Numbered from the stretch's first letter, positions 37,158-47,871 are shown. The stretch: DNA of 64,000 nt from Alphaproteobacteria bacterium (GCA_963422645.2 CAXXVO010000008.1:384001-448000), one strand, 5' to 3'. Numbers and translations: made by a program. Notes: a model not told the origin generated them from the letters alone.

Positions 37158-38564
37158 CTATTCCTTGGCGTAGGTGCGTTCGATCTTCTCGAACGCTGTC
37201 TCCTGGTGTGCATGGTAGGGATACGCATCGCCAAGCTGATGCGTATCCAGACCTGCCAGCTCGACCTCGCGCGGCACCCGCAGCATGTTGAAGTACTGCA
37301 GGACCCGGGCCAGGACGTAGCAGGGCAGGAAGCCCAGCACCCAGAACATGATGATCGCCCCCAGAATCTGGCCGATCGGATTGATCTGCGGCAAGCCTTC
37401 TGGAGTCGTGAACCAGGCGATCGAGGCCTCGCGGGCGGAGTAGTCGCCGAACATCGGCGCCGCGGCGGGGTAACCCCACAGCACGAAGCCACACACGATG
37501 ACGCCGAAGAACCCGGCGTAACCGTGCACGGCGACCGCGCCGACCGCGTCGTCGATCTTGAACCGCCGCTCGACCCAGCGGTGCATGTAGATCATGAACA
37601 CCACGCCTGCCCCGCCGATAAAGAGCGCCTGCAAGGGATGATAGAGATCGTTGCCTGCAGACGCCGCAATGATGCCGCCGAGGCCGCCCGAATAGGTCCA
37701 GAAGGGATCGCCCTTGGTGACGAGGTAAGCCGCCATCAGGCCGCCCGAGAAGGACATCAGGAAGTTGTAGACGATGGCGGACAACGTCGTCGGCATCCCG
37801 TAGATGTTGGTCGCCGAGAAGAAGGCCCCCGCCTCGCCGCCGATGTCGATGATCGGCACGTTGCAGGCCGCGTAGAAGCCCCAGAAGCCGGTAAAGATCA
37901 GGAAGAGCCCGACCGTGACCAGCCATGGATTGTGCGGCCTGATTTCGTTTACTTCCCCGTTCGGCCCGAACTTGCCGATGCGCGGCCCCAGCACGAAGAG
38001 GATCGCGAGTGCCGAGCCGCCGGCGATGGCGTGCACCACGCCGGATGCATAGGCATCGTGATAGCCGAGGATCTGAACCATCCAGCCGCCCGGGTGCCAG
38101 CCCCAGGCCGCGTCGAGGATCCAGGTGAAGGAGCCGATCAGGACCGCAAAGATGAGGAACGCGCTGGTCTTGATACGCTCGATCACCGCGCCCGAGACAA
38201 TCGAGGCGGTGGTCCATGAGAAGAGCAGGAACGCCGCCCAGAACACGCCAAGGATGCGGTCCTGCATGTGAGCGCCCATGAACTCGTTCCACGGCTCCGC
38301 GAACGACGCATCGGAGAATCCGCCGGATGCGAACGGAACATTGGGAAAAGCGAAATAGACGTACCACCCGAAGAAGAAGAACGTGACGGTGACCAACGGG
38401 ATCAGCATCGTGTTCTTCATCAAAGTGTGGAGAACATTCTTGCGCCGGGACGCCCCAACCTCGTAGGTGCAGAACCCGGCGTGAATGAGGAACATCATGA
38501 CCACCGTAATCCAGTAGTAGGATTCGGTGAAAATTGTTGTCAAGGCATCGACAGGATCACCCAT
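37158..38564 (-). CDS. Amt/Mep-family ammonium (or methylamine-type) transporter
   Basis: 'IVSGAVIER', 'GVVH..AG', 'LGPRIG', 'IDDAVGAVAVHG', 'E..GLD'. Confidence 0.92.
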   Translation of the reverse strand: MGDPVDALTTIFTESYYWITVVMMFLIHAGFCTYEVGASRRKNVLHTLMKNTMLIPLVTVTFFFFGWYVYFAFPNVPFASGGFSDASFAEPWNEFMGAHMQDRILGVFWAAFLLFSWTTASIVSGAVIERIKTSAFLIFAVLIGSFTWILDAAWGWHPGGWMVQILGYHDAYASGVVHAIAGGSALAILFVLGPRIGKFGPNGEVNEIRPHNPWLVTVGLFLIFTGFWGFYAACNVPIIDIGGEAGAFFSATNIYGMPTTLSAIVYNFLMSFSGGLMAAYLVTKGDPFWTYSGGLGGIIAASAGNDLYHPLQALFIGGAGVVFMIYMHRWVERRFKIDDAVGAVAVHGYAGFFGVIVCGFVLWGYPAAAPMFGDYSAREASIAWFTTPEGLPQINPIGQILGAIIMFWVLGFLPCYVLARVLQYFNMLRVPREVELAGLDTHQLGDAYPYHAHQETAFEKIERTYAKE

Positions 38565-38905
38565 AGCGCCCCTCATACCTTGTGGATGCCGCGCGCCGCC
38601 TTAGTGCGTTTCTCGGCGCTGCAGCCCGAGTCGCAGTCGTTTATCTTGAGCAGCCCGCGGTTACATGTCCAGCATCGTCCTGCCCCAATGCAGAGCCGAT
38701 GAAAAAAGCGCCCTATTTTCAAAAGGATAGAGAAACCCGCACGAATTGAGGCAGCAGGCGCCCCGGATCAAGCCGTTGACATACTCTTGAAACCGTCGAG
38801 TCGCAGAAACGACTCAGGACCCACTGCCAGGGACGTCAGCGGGCTCTTCACCTCACAGTGAAAGCGCCAATTCTCGCCCGAAGAAACACGGGCGCGCCGC
38901 ACCCT

Positions 38906-39763
38906 CTAGGGGGCGGCCGTCATCACGAAATCGTGGTCGAGGCGCAGGCCGTCGTCGGTCTTATCGTAGTGGACAATCAGGGAGTCCTTGACGCCGAACA
39001 CCGCATCGGACCCGAGATAGGGATCGTCGTCGGTGAAGAGCTGCGTCACCAGTGTCTCGTAACCTGCCGCCGACAGCATGAAATGGATGTGGGCGGGGCG
39101 CCAGTTGTGGCGGCCGGCGGCCTCCAGCATGGCGCCGACCGGGCCGTCACCGGGGACCGTGTAGCTCACCGGCTTGCGTGTGCGGAACGAGTAGCGTCCG
39201 TCGCCCTCTGTGGTGAGGCGGCCGCACAGGTTGAACGATATCCCCGACGAATCCTGCGCCGCGTACTCGGCGTTGGGCGCGGTCTGCCAGATATCGAGCA
39301 CCGCGCCCGCGATCGGCGCGCCGCCGAGGTCGGTCACCTTGCCGGAGACGAGCACCCCTTCGCCGTCGGTCTCTTCTTCCGCCAGGTCCGCGCCGCTTTC
39401 ATAGTCGGGAGCGCCCTCGCGATAGAAGGGCCCGAGCACGCTGCTCTCGGTGGCACCGCTGGGTTTGCGGTTGTTGATGGCGTCGACCAGCATGGTGGCG
39501 CCGAGCGTGTCCGACAAGAGGATGAACTCCTGCCGCTGATCGTCACACTTCTGGCCGGTTGCGGTGAGGAACTTGATCGCCGCCAGCCATTCTTCCTCAG
39601 TCGGCTCGATCTCACGGATGAAGCCGTGGAGATGGCGGGTGAGGCTGGTCATGATGTCCCGCATCCGCCCTTCGGCGCCCATTTCCAGACGCTCGATGGC
39701 CTCCTGCGTGATCTCGTCTTCGATACTTAGGGGCTGCGCTTCAGTGCGTGCGGTCTTCGACAT
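38906..39763 (-). CDS. Intradiol ring-cleavage dioxygenase (hydroxyquinol/catechol 1,2-dioxygenase-like)
   Basis: 'QEFILLSDTLG', 'LGPFY', 'WQT..N..Y', 'WRPAHIHF', 'DAVFGVK'. Confidence 0.92.
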   Translation of the reverse strand: MSKTARTEAQPLSIEDEITQEAIERLEMGAEGRMRDIMTSLTRHLHGFIREIEPTEEEWLAAIKFLTATGQKCDDQRQEFILLSDTLGATMLVDAINNRKPSGATESSVLGPFYREGAPDYESGADLAEEETDGEGVLVSGKVTDLGGAPIAGAVLDIWQTAPNAEYAAQDSSGISFNLCGRLTTEGDGRYSFRTRKPVSYTVPGDGPVGAMLEAAGRHNWRPAHIHFMLSAAGYETLVTQLFTDDDPYLGSDAVFGVKDSLIVHYDKTDDGLRLDHDFVMTAAP

Positions 39764-39864
39764 CGCGGGTCACTCCCTCGTCTGCGGCCCATGCAATGTG
39801 AGCCGTCGCTGCCGGCGACGGCCCCGTGCCGGAGACAGGAGTAACTGACGCGCTACCGAGCCGG

Positions 39865-40962
39865 CTAGTTGCCGACGCGGCGTCCCGAGACCGGATCGAA
39901 GAAGAGCAGGGTCTCGGTATCGAGATGCACCTCGACCCGGTCGCCGTCGTTGAACTCCTGCACGCCGGCCACGGTCAGCGCCAGGTTGATCCCTGCCAGA
40001 CCGATGCCGACCGTCGTGTGCATGCCGAGCGGCTCGAGATCGTTGACGACCCCGGTCCGGTGCGTTTCGGTCGCGGTCGAGGGCACGATCCGGACATGTT
40101 CGGGGCGAAGGCCGACCTCGACCTCGCTCAGATTTGCGGGCAGGCCGTGCTCCATGCGTGCCGGCAAGGGTAGTTCCATCGAGCCGATGGAGAGTCTGGC
40201 CGTGCCGTTCTCGCGCGCGAGCCGGCCGGGGACGATATTGATCTTGGGGTTGCCGACGAAGCGGGCCACGTCGCGATCGGCCGGCTCGTCATAGAGCTCC
40301 TGCGCCTTGGCGATCTGGCGAACCTCGCCTTCCAACAGGACGCAGACAGTATCCGCCAACGCCAGCGCTTCGGTGTAATCCGGCGTCGCGAAGATGAACG
40401 TACGCCCGAGCTCGCGCTGCAGGCGCTTCAACTCGGTCCTGAGCTCGATGCGGAGCATGAAGTCGAGGCTCGAGAGCGGCTCGTCCAGCAGATAGAAGCG
40501 CGGCTCACGCACCATGGCGCGGCCGAGGGCTACACGCTGGCGCTCGCCGCCGCTGAAGGTGGCCGGCAGACGGTCGAGGATGTGCCCGATCTTGAGCAGA
40601 CCCGCGATTTCGTCGACCCGCCTGGTAATCTCGGCCTTCGGCATCCTGGCGAGCTTGAGCGGCGACGCGACGTTCTCGTACCCCGTCTTGTTGGGATAGA
40701 GCGCGAGATTGTCGAAGATCATCGCGATATCGCGCCGGTTGGGCTGCAACTTGGTGAAATTCTGGCCCTCGACCCAGACCTCGCCCGACGTCGGCGCTTC
40801 GAGGCCGGCGACAATTCTCAGCGTGGTCGTCTTGCCGGCACCCGCAGGGCCCAGAAGAACGATCAGCGAGCCGCGCGAGACCTCCAGGCTCAGGTTTCTG
40901 AGTGCCTGAATCGAACCGAAGTTCTTGGAGATGGAGCGAAGCTCCAGGAGGGATTCGACCAT
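39865..40962 (-). CDS. ABC transporter ATP-binding protein (MalK-like)
   Basis: GPAGAGKTT, FSGGERQ, LLDEPLS; His switch replaced ('ATPDY'). Confidence 0.93.
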   Translation of the reverse strand: MVESLLELRSISKNFGSIQALRNLSLEVSRGSLIVLLGPAGAGKTTTLRIVAGLEAPTSGEVWVEGQNFTKLQPNRRDIAMIFDNLALYPNKTGYENVASPLKLARMPKAEITRRVDEIAGLLKIGHILDRLPATFSGGERQRVALGRAMVREPRFYLLDEPLSSLDFMLRIELRTELKRLQRELGRTFIFATPDYTEALALADTVCVLLEGEVRQIAKAQELYDEPADRDVARFVGNPKINIVPGRLARENGTARLSIGSMELPLPARMEHGLPANLSEVEVGLRPEHVRIVPSTATETHRTGVVNDLEPLGMHTTVGIGLAGINLALTVAGVQEFNDGDRVEVHLDTETLLFFDPVSGRRVGN

Positions 40963-40968
40963 GTTCTG

Positions 40969-42060
40969 CTACGCCTTGAGGCGGACGCCCGATACGGCGT
41001 CGAAGAGGGCCAGCAACTCGGCATCCGGCCGGATGGTGATCTCGCTACCTTCCTGGGCCTGCGTGCCGGTCTCAACGATCAGCTTCAGGTTGGTGTGGCC
41101 GACCCGTGCCGTCAGAACCGTCTCCGGCCCCTGCGGCTCGACTGCGATAACCGAGGCTGTGAAGGCTTCGGGGTCGCCCGCTTCCGCCACCAACATGGAC
41201 TCTGGCCGCATGCCGACGATCACGTCGGCGCCGTCGCTCAATCCCCCGGCGCTGGCGGGCGGCACGGGAATGATCGAGCCGTTCTGCGCCACGACCGGCC
41301 GGTTGCCGTCATGACCGAACTGCCCGCGCACAAAGTTCATCGGCGGGTTACCGAGAAAGCTGCCGACGAAGGTATTGTCGGGGTAGTGGTACACGTTGTG
41401 CGCCGTGTCGTCCTGCTTGAGCTGGCCGAAATCCATGACCGCGATGCGGTGTGCCAGTGAGAGCGCCTCGATCTGGTCATGGGTGACATAGATGATGGTC
41501 TGTCCGGTCTCGGCCTGGATGCGCCGGAGCTCGCGGCGCATCTGGTTGCGCATCTCGGCTTCCAGATTGCTGAGCGGCTCATCGAGCAGGAGGATTTCGG
41601 GGTTGGTCACGAGCGTCCGCCCGATTGCGACCCGTTGCAGCTCGCTCGCGCCGAGCTCCAGCGGCTTGATGTCGAGCTGATGCTCGAGATGGAGAAACGC
41701 GGAGACCTTCGCCACCTCGCGGTCGATGTCGGCCCGGTCCATGCCGCGCACGCGAAGCCCGTATTCCAGATTGCGCCTGACGTTCATGTGGGTGAAGACG
41801 GCGTAGTCCTGGAACACCAGGCCGACATTGCGCTGTCCAGGGGGGACCTGGAGCACGGACTGCCCGTCGATGAGGATGTCGCCCGAGGTGGGCTGCTCCA
41901 GACCGACGATCATGTTCAGCGTGGTCGATTTGCCGCAGCCTGAAGGCCCCAGCAGCGCCATGGTCTCGCCTTCCTCGCAGGCGAGGGACATGTCGTCGAC
42001 GGCGATGAGATCGCCGAACTCCTTGCGGAGATCCACCAGCTCCAGCTTGATGTTTGCCAT
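40969..42060 (-). CDS. ABC transporter ATP-binding protein (MalK-like)
   Basis: GPSGCGKST, degenerate signature LGASELQ, LLDEPLS, VTHD. Confidence 0.93.
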   Translation of the reverse strand: MANIKLELVDLRKEFGDLIAVDDMSLACEEGETMALLGPSGCGKSTTLNMIVGLEQPTSGDILIDGQSVLQVPPGQRNVGLVFQDYAVFTHMNVRRNLEYGLRVRGMDRADIDREVAKVSAFLHLEHQLDIKPLELGASELQRVAIGRTLVTNPEILLLDEPLSNLEAEMRNQMRRELRRIQAETGQTIIYVTHDQIEALSLAHRIAVMDFGQLKQDDTAHNVYHYPDNTFVGSFLGNPPMNFVRGQFGHDGNRPVVAQNGSIIPVPPASAGGLSDGADVIVGMRPESMLVAEAGDPEAFTASVIAVEPQGPETVLTARVGHTNLKLIVETGTQAQEGSEITIRPDAELLALFDAVSGVRLKA

Positions 42061-42069
42061 CGTGCCGCG

Positions 42070-43017
42070 CTAACGCTTGATCGCGCCGAGGGTGAGGCCG
42101 CGCACCAGGTGCCGCTGGATGAAGAATCCGACGATCACCAGCGGTACGATGGAGACGCACGCGAGCGCCGCCTGAATGCCGTACTGCTGCCCCGACGTGG
42201 CGCTGAAGTACTTGGAGAGCTTGACCGGGATCGTCTCGACGTTGGTGTAGGTCAGCACCAGCGCGAAGAGGAACTCACTCCAGTTGAGGATGAAAATGAA
42301 GAGCCCGGTCGCGATCAACCCACCCTTGATGAGCGGCACAGTGACCTTGAGGTGCGCCTCCCATCGCGACATGCCATCCATCATCGCCGCTTCCTCGATC
42401 TCCTGAGGCAGCTCGTCGATGAAGCTCTTCAGCATCCAGGTGGAGAAGGGCACGGTGACCGCGGCATAGGCCAGGATCAGGCCCCAATAGGAGTCGGTCG
42501 CCTCGATTCCCGGCGCGCTGAACATCACGACGAAGGGGATGGCGATCGCAATGGGCGGGAACATTCGCCCCGATAATATGAAGAAGGGCGTGACGTTGCC
42601 GCCGAATCGGTATCGAGCGATGGCGACCGCAGCCATGAAGCCGACCACAATGGACAGTATGGTCGAGAGCACCGAAATGATGACCGAGCCCCGGATCGAC
42701 TGCCATGCCGATTTGGTCAGGAAGTCGGCGACCGCGCCGCTCACCGCGTTGGATTGGGTCGCGCGCTGAGAGGTGACCTCGCCCTCCTCGGTGTACTGGC
42801 CGAGACCTCCCCGCTGCTCGAGCAGGACGGACGGCCAGAGAATCACGAGATAGTTCGTGACGGTGCCGTTCTCCGACACCCACACCGGCGGCGTCGTGAC
42901 CCACTCGTTCGACGGCTTGAAGGAGGTGGACACCATCCAGAAGAGCGGGAACACCGCGAAGAGCAGCCCCAAGGCGAGCCCGATCGCGCTGCCGGGGCCG
43001 AATTTCCTCGCGCCCAT
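42070..43017 (-). CDS. Carbohydrate-type ABC permease
   Basis: EAA loop 'EIEEAAMMDG', 'FILNWSEFLFAL', 'QRHLVRGLTLGAIK'. Confidence 0.93.
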   Translation of the reverse strand: MGARKFGPGSAIGLALGLLFAVFPLFWMVSTSFKPSNEWVTTPPVWVSENGTVTNYLVILWPSVLLEQRGGLGQYTEEGEVTSQRATQSNAVSGAVADFLTKSAWQSIRGSVIISVLSTILSIVVGFMAAVAIARYRFGGNVTPFFILSGRMFPPIAIAIPFVVMFSAPGIEATDSYWGLILAYAAVTVPFSTWMLKSFIDELPQEIEEAAMMDGMSRWEAHLKVTVPLIKGGLIATGLFIFILNWSEFLFALVLTYTNVETIPVKLSKYFSATSGQQYGIQAALACVSIVPLVIVGFFIQRHLVRGLTLGAIKR

Positions 43018-44004
43018 CTAACGCCTCTCCAGCAACTGATAGCGGATCGGCCGCAGCATCATGTTGATCATCACGACCGTGATCACCAGCACGATGAAGC
43101 CCGCCGACCCCGCGTATGCGAGGCGGAAGTCCTGGAAGCCGAGCTTATAGAGATAGAGGCTCATGGTCTCGGTCGCCGTGCCGGGACCGCCGCGCGTCAG
43201 GATGTAAATCTCGTCGAAGAGCTTGATGACCTCCATGCCGCGGATCACGAAGGCGATGATGATGACGCCCCGCATATTGGGCATGATGACGGTCCAGAAA
43301 ATCCGCCAGTTGCTGGCACCGAGCACGGTGGCAGCCCGCACAGGGTTCTCCGGCACCGCGTTGAGGCCCGAGAGCAGGATCAGGAAGAAGAGCGGCGACC
43401 AGTGCCAGACTTCGGTGATAACCACAGCAAAGAAGGCCAGCACGCCGTGGTTGAGCCACTGCATATCGGCCCCGGCGGTGGTGCCGCCGAGCCAGCCCAG
43501 CACCTGATTGACCGGCCCGGAGTACTGGAAGAGCATGAACCAGGTGTAGCCGACGACGACCGGCATGATCATCATCGGGGTCAGCAGCGCGGTGAACCAG
43601 ATGCGCTTGCCCCAGAAGGTCTTCAGGAAGATCGTCGCCAGCCCGAGCCCGATCAGGAATTCGAGGCAGAGGCTCAACACCGAGATGGCGAGCGTCCGGC
43701 CCAGCGCCTCCAGGAAGCGCGGCTCGTCCGTCACCAGATAATAGTAGTTGAGGCCGAGCTCGGTATCGCCGGAGAACACTGTCGACACGGCCTGCCAGAT
43801 GGAGGTCCCGTGAGTCGGCTGCCATTCGGTCAGCGCGACGAAGAACTCCAGGCCGAAGGGGAAAATCAGCATCATGATTAACAGAAGCTGAACCGGCGTG
43901 ATGAAGAGCGCGCCGATATAGCGCTTGTCGTTGGGGTCGAACAGGCGTGCCCGCGCCTTCAATGCACGCGCGGGCACGCCACCGTTCGCGGTCTTCGTAA
44001 CCAC
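43018..44004 (-). CDS. Carbohydrate-type ABC permease
   Basis: 'VWHWSPLFFLILLSGL', 'AA.VLGAS', 'LTRGGPG.ATET'. Confidence 0.93.
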   Translation of the reverse strand: MVTKTANGGVPARALKARARLFDPNDKRYIGALFITPVQLLLIMMLIFPFGLEFFVALTEWQPTHGTSIWQAVSTVFSGDTELGLNYYYLVTDEPRFLEALGRTLAISVLSLCLEFLIGLGLATIFLKTFWGKRIWFTALLTPMMIMPVVVGYTWFMLFQYSGPVNQVLGWLGGTTAGADMQWLNHGVLAFFAVVITEVWHWSPLFFLILLSGLNAVPENPVRAATVLGASNWRIFWTVIMPNMRGVIIIAFVIRGMEVIKLFDEIYILTRGGPGTATETMSLYLYKLGFQDFRLAYAGSAGFIVLVITVVMINMMLRPIRYQLLERR

Positions 44005-44047
44005 GTTACCAGCAGTCCAGTCGTGTTGTTACGTCTTTAGGTCTGGA

Positions 44048-45661
44048 CTACAGAACCCACTTGTCGACGCCGACGAGCTTCTGCAGCGGCTCCGGATACA
44101 TTTTGGCCAGGCCGTGCCAGCCCTCCTTCTGCTCCGCCTTGCCCAGACGCCGCGTGATGCGGTTCTGCTCCTTGGCGGCGTCTTCCATGGCCTCTTCCGG
44201 CGACTTGTTGCCGTTGTAGGCCGCGGTCAGATTGACGTCGAGCGCGTTGAGGTACTCGGCCGCGCCGCGCAGCTGAATCTCCGGCACCGCATCCACGATC
44301 GCCTCGGCGTGGGTCGCCAGGAAATCGCCCGGATAGGAGGCGAAGAACTCCGCCGACGGGGCGAAGAAGTGGTTGTCGCGCCACGGGTCGAAATAGCCGC
44401 CCTCGTTCGGGATCGAGCGCATCGACATGGTCGGCCCCGTGATCCACTGCGAGAAGCAATAAGCGGCTTCCTGGATCGGCGAGTAGTTGCTCACCACGAA
44501 GTCCCAGGCGAAGGCATGGATGCACGAGCGAATGAGCTCGCCGTTGTGCATGGTGCCGGGCACCTTGGAGACGGCGGTCTGCGAAGGCTCGCCGTCCTCG
44601 CCCTTGCCGGCGATGACCGACTGCGAGCCCGCCGCGTCGTTGCTGTAGCGCCAGAGCGACGGCCAGCCGAACTCGCAGAAACCACGGCCCTGCGCGTAGT
44701 ACTGCGCGTAGTTCTCGGTGAAGCCGTAGGTGAACTGCTCGGCCGGCATGATGTCCTGCAGCGCGATCAGCTCCTTGAGCGTTTCGATGCCCTGCGGCGT
44801 GTCGGCCAGCGAGTTCATGTCCTCGTCGAAATAGAAGTGCCCCTTCGACTGAACCCGGGTCATCCAGTGGAACTTGTTCCAGAACGGCGAGCGATACTCG
44901 AGAGCGCCGTAGAAGTTGTTGTCCGGGTCGTGCATCGTGGCGCAGAGTTCGTCGTACTCGGTCCAGGTATGGACCATTTCCCTCTGCGACTTCGGCGCCA
45001 GGCCCTTCTCGGCGAGCTTGTCCTTGCGGTAGCTGAGGTGCCACCAGTCGCCGTCGCAATAGAGGCCGTAGGTCTTGCCCTTGTACTTCTGCCCGAAGTC
45101 GGACACCGGGAACTGAAGCTGGTTGGGCCCCGAGTAGACCTCGGGATCGTACTTGTCCATGTAGTCGTCGAGCGGCCGCGCCACACCGGATTCGGCGAGG
45201 TCAGCGAGGCTCAGCGGTGCAGGGATCATGATGTCGTAGCGGCCCGTCTTGGCCACCGCTTCCTGCATCGCCTTCTGGTGAGTCTCGGTCACCGGCACCT
45301 CGATCAGCTCGAGATCGAAGCCGGTGAGCCCCTTCCACTCCTCGACGAAGGGCGAGAGGTTACCGCCGGAGCCCGACGGATACATGATGCTGATGGTCTT
45401 CTTCTCGGCACTGTCGAAGAGCGCCTTCGCGCCGTTGATGGCACGCTCCTCAGGCGTGGCACCCTCGGCCGCCCAGGCCTGGCGCACGCTGAAGGGCGCC
45501 TGGTTCATCAACATCTTGATCGCGCCTGCACCGAGCCCGAGCCCGGCCATGCCCTTGATCAGGTCGCGCCGCGAGACCTTGTAGTTCTTCCGGTCCGCGT
45601 GCATCGACCAGAGCCGATACAGCTCCTTCGTAAACTGCTCTTTCTTGTCGGTATGCGACAT
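44048..45661 (-). CDS. Tat-exported ABC solute-binding protein (family 1)
   Basis: RBS gggagg; twin-arginine 'SRRDLIKG'; SBP-like body; first gene of the ABC operon. Confidence 0.85.
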   Translation of the reverse strand: MSHTDKKEQFTKELYRLWSMHADRKNYKVSRRDLIKGMAGLGLGAGAIKMLMNQAPFSVRQAWAAEGATPEERAINGAKALFDSAEKKTISIMYPSGSGGNLSPFVEEWKGLTGFDLELIEVPVTETHQKAMQEAVAKTGRYDIMIPAPLSLADLAESGVARPLDDYMDKYDPEVYSGPNQLQFPVSDFGQKYKGKTYGLYCDGDWWHLSYRKDKLAEKGLAPKSQREMVHTWTEYDELCATMHDPDNNFYGALEYRSPFWNKFHWMTRVQSKGHFYFDEDMNSLADTPQGIETLKELIALQDIMPAEQFTYGFTENYAQYYAQGRGFCEFGWPSLWRYSNDAAGSQSVIAGKGEDGEPSQTAVSKVPGTMHNGELIRSCIHAFAWDFVVSNYSPIQEAAYCFSQWITGPTMSMRSIPNEGGYFDPWRDNHFFAPSAEFFASYPGDFLATHAEAIVDAVPEIQLRGAAEYLNALDVNLTAAYNGNKSPEEAMEDAAKEQNRITRRLGKAEQKEGWHGLAKMYPEPLQKLVGVDKWVL

Positions 45662-45870
45662 GCGCACCCTCCCTTCGGCACCGGGGGGAGATCTCCGGCC
45701 CGGTTGCCATCGTTTGTCCAAGGTTGAGCACCGCACGGGCGCGGCGCGTATCGACACTCCCTTTGCGCGGCGCACAATAACCATGGCGTGCCCGCCATGC
45801 AAATGGAATTAGAATGCTCCCACGCGCCCGTGCCGGCGCCCAGCATCACCCGTGGAGGCAGCACCAAGCC

Positions 45871-46443
45871 ATGCGCTGGATCAAGGAATACACCATCGAA
45901 AAGCCCGCGCTCTGCGACGAGCTGATCAAGGGTTTCAAGCGGACGCGCCGGCTCGGCCTCACTCGGCCGGGGACCAGCGCCAAGGGCGTCGACAAGGCCT
46001 GGAAGGATTCCGAGGACGCGAGCCTCACCTGCTTCCCCTACGAGGTCTACGCCAAGAGCGTGCGCGCCTATCGCGGTCACGTGATGACCTGCCTCGGCGA
46101 CTACCTGCGGGAGTTTCCGGTGCTGGGCGAGGCCTCCGACAAGCTCGGCTTCCTGGAGCCGCCGCAGATGCAGTACTACCAGCCGGGCGGCGCCTTCCAC
46201 GGCGCCCACTACGAGTCGAGCGGCCTCGACCTCGGCCACCGGGTGCTCGCCTTCCAGACCTTCCTCAACGACATCAAGGAGGGCGGCGGCACCTACTTCA
46301 CCTACCAGGATCACCTGGTCACGCCGGCGAGGGGCAAAACCCTGATCTGGCCGGCGGGCTTCACCCACACGCACAAGGGCGAGGTCGCGCCGCGCGAGGA
46401 GAAGTACATCATCACTGGCTGGATCAGCTTCATGGGCGTTTAG
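45871..46443 (+). CDS. 2OG-Fe(II) oxygenase (prolyl-hydroxylase-like)
   Basis: 'QYYQPGG.F...HYE', 'FLND...GG.T.F', 'WPAGFTH.HKG', 'KYIITGW'. Confidence 0.88.
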   Translation: MRWIKEYTIEKPALCDELIKGFKRTRRLGLTRPGTSAKGVDKAWKDSEDASLTCFPYEVYAKSVRAYRGHVMTCLGDYLREFPVLGEASDKLGFLEPPQMQYYQPGGAFHGAHYESSGLDLGHRVLAFQTFLNDIKEGGGTYFTYQDHLVTPARGKTLIWPAGFTHTHKGEVAPREEKYIITGWISFMGV

Positions 46444-46458
46444 CCCGCATTTCTCACC
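46443..46458 (+). repeat. Solo copy of the MITE terminal repeat
   Basis: gcccgcatttctcacc, same as 56260-56275; overlaps the TAG stop of the oxygenase. Confidence 0.75.
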
Positions 46459-46621
46459 GCGGGCGGTCGCGTCATGCGGCCCTACCTCATCCCTGTCCGC
46501 CCGCGCCGCCTTGGTGCGCCTGCTGCGCCCGGCCGACCTGGGATTCGCGCGCCGGGCCGCTATGATGCGCGGCCGGCCGCGCCGGGAGCGGCCCCAACCG
46601 CCAGTCAGGAGAGACGCCGCC

Positions 46622-47011
46622 ATGCCCAACGAGATGTACGAGAAAGGTTTGCAAATCCGGCGCGAGGTGCTGGGCTCGGAGTATGTGGACCGCGCCATCG
46701 GCAGCGCCGACGACTTCAACCAGGAATTCCAAGAGATTCTGACCGAGTACTGCTGGGGCGCGGTGTGGGGCCGGCCGGGGCTGAGCCGCAAGCAGCGCAG
46801 CCTCAACAACATTTGCATGCTCTCCGCACTCGGCCGCAATCATGAGCTGGAGCTGCATCTCAAGGGGGCGCTGACCAACGGAGTCACCGTCGACGAGATC
46901 AAGGAGACGCTGATCCAGGTCGCCGTCTATTGCGGCGCGCCGGCTGCGGTCGAAGGCTTCCGCATCGCGCGCCGCGTGGTCGACGAGCACCGCAAGACGG
47001 AGGCCGGCTGA
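46622..47011 (+). CDS. Carboxymuconolactone decarboxylase family protein
   Basis: 'GLQIRREVLG.EYVD', 'EYCWG.VW.RPGL', 'VYCGAPA'. Confidence 0.92.
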   Translation: MPNEMYEKGLQIRREVLGSEYVDRAIGSADDFNQEFQEILTEYCWGAVWGRPGLSRKQRSLNNICMLSALGRNHELELHLKGALTNGVTVDEIKETLIQVAVYCGAPAAVEGFRIARRVVDEHRKTEAG

Positions 47012-47871
47012 TGCCGACTTTGGGTTTCATCGGCCTCGGCAACATGGGCGGGCCCATGGCGTACAATCTGGCGGTCGCCGGCCACGAGGTGGTGTGCTTC
47101 GATGCGGCAGGTACCGAGGCGCTGGCACCGCCCGGCGCGCCCACGGCCGGCTCTGCAGCGGAGGTGGCGCAGAGGGCTCGCATCGTCTTCCTCTGCCTGC
47201 CCGACGGGGCGGTTGTGCTGCACGTGGCGCGCGAGATCGCCCAATGCCCCGACCGCGCGGCCGGGATCGTGGTGGACAGCACCACTGCCGGCATGCCGGA
47301 CGCCCGCGCGGCCCACGACGTGCTGGCCGAGGCCGGCATCCGCTACGCCGATGCGCCGGTGAGCGGCGGCACGAAGGGCTCGAAGGCCGGCACCCTCGCC
47401 ATGATGGTCGCGGCACCCGACGACCTCTTCGCCGAAATTGAGCCCTATATTCGCCCGATGGCGGCAAACGCCCGCCATGTCGGCACCGAGCCCGGCCAGG
47501 GCATGGCGATGAAGCTGCTCAACAACTTCCTCTCGGCGACCGCGATGGCGGCGACCAGCGAGGCGGTGGCCTTCGGCGTCTCCCAGGGTCTCGACATGAT
47601 GACGATCCTGGAGACGGTCAATCTCTCCACCGGGCGCAACACCGCGACCGAGGACAAGTTCCCCAACCGCATCGCGACCGGCGCGTACGACGCAGGCTTT
47701 GCCACCAAGCTGATGGCCAAGGACCTCCGGCTCTACGAGGCAAGCGTCGCGGCCGCCGCTGCACCGCGCCGGCTCGCCGGGCAGCTTCGGGAAATCTGGG
47801 ACGGTCTGGAAGCCGTCCGCCCTGACTCCGACTTCACCGAGATCTACCAGCACCTACGCGACGGTGGGTAA
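47011..47871 (+). CDS. 3-hydroxyisobutyrate dehydrogenase-family NAD(P) oxidoreductase
   Basis: GFIGLGNMGGPMA, DAPVSGG, MKLLNN, KDL. Confidence 0.92.
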   Translation: MPTLGFIGLGNMGGPMAYNLAVAGHEVVCFDAAGTEALAPPGAPTAGSAAEVAQRARIVFLCLPDGAVVLHVAREIAQCPDRAAGIVVDSTTAGMPDARAAHDVLAEAGIRYADAPVSGGTKGSKAGTLAMMVAAPDDLFAEIEPYIRPMAANARHVGTEPGQGMAMKLLNNFLSATAMAATSEAVAFGVSQGLDMMTILETVNLSTGRNTATEDKFPNRIATGAYDAGFATKLMAKDLRLYEASVAAAAAPRRLAGQLREIWDGLEAVRPDSDFTEIYQHLRDGG

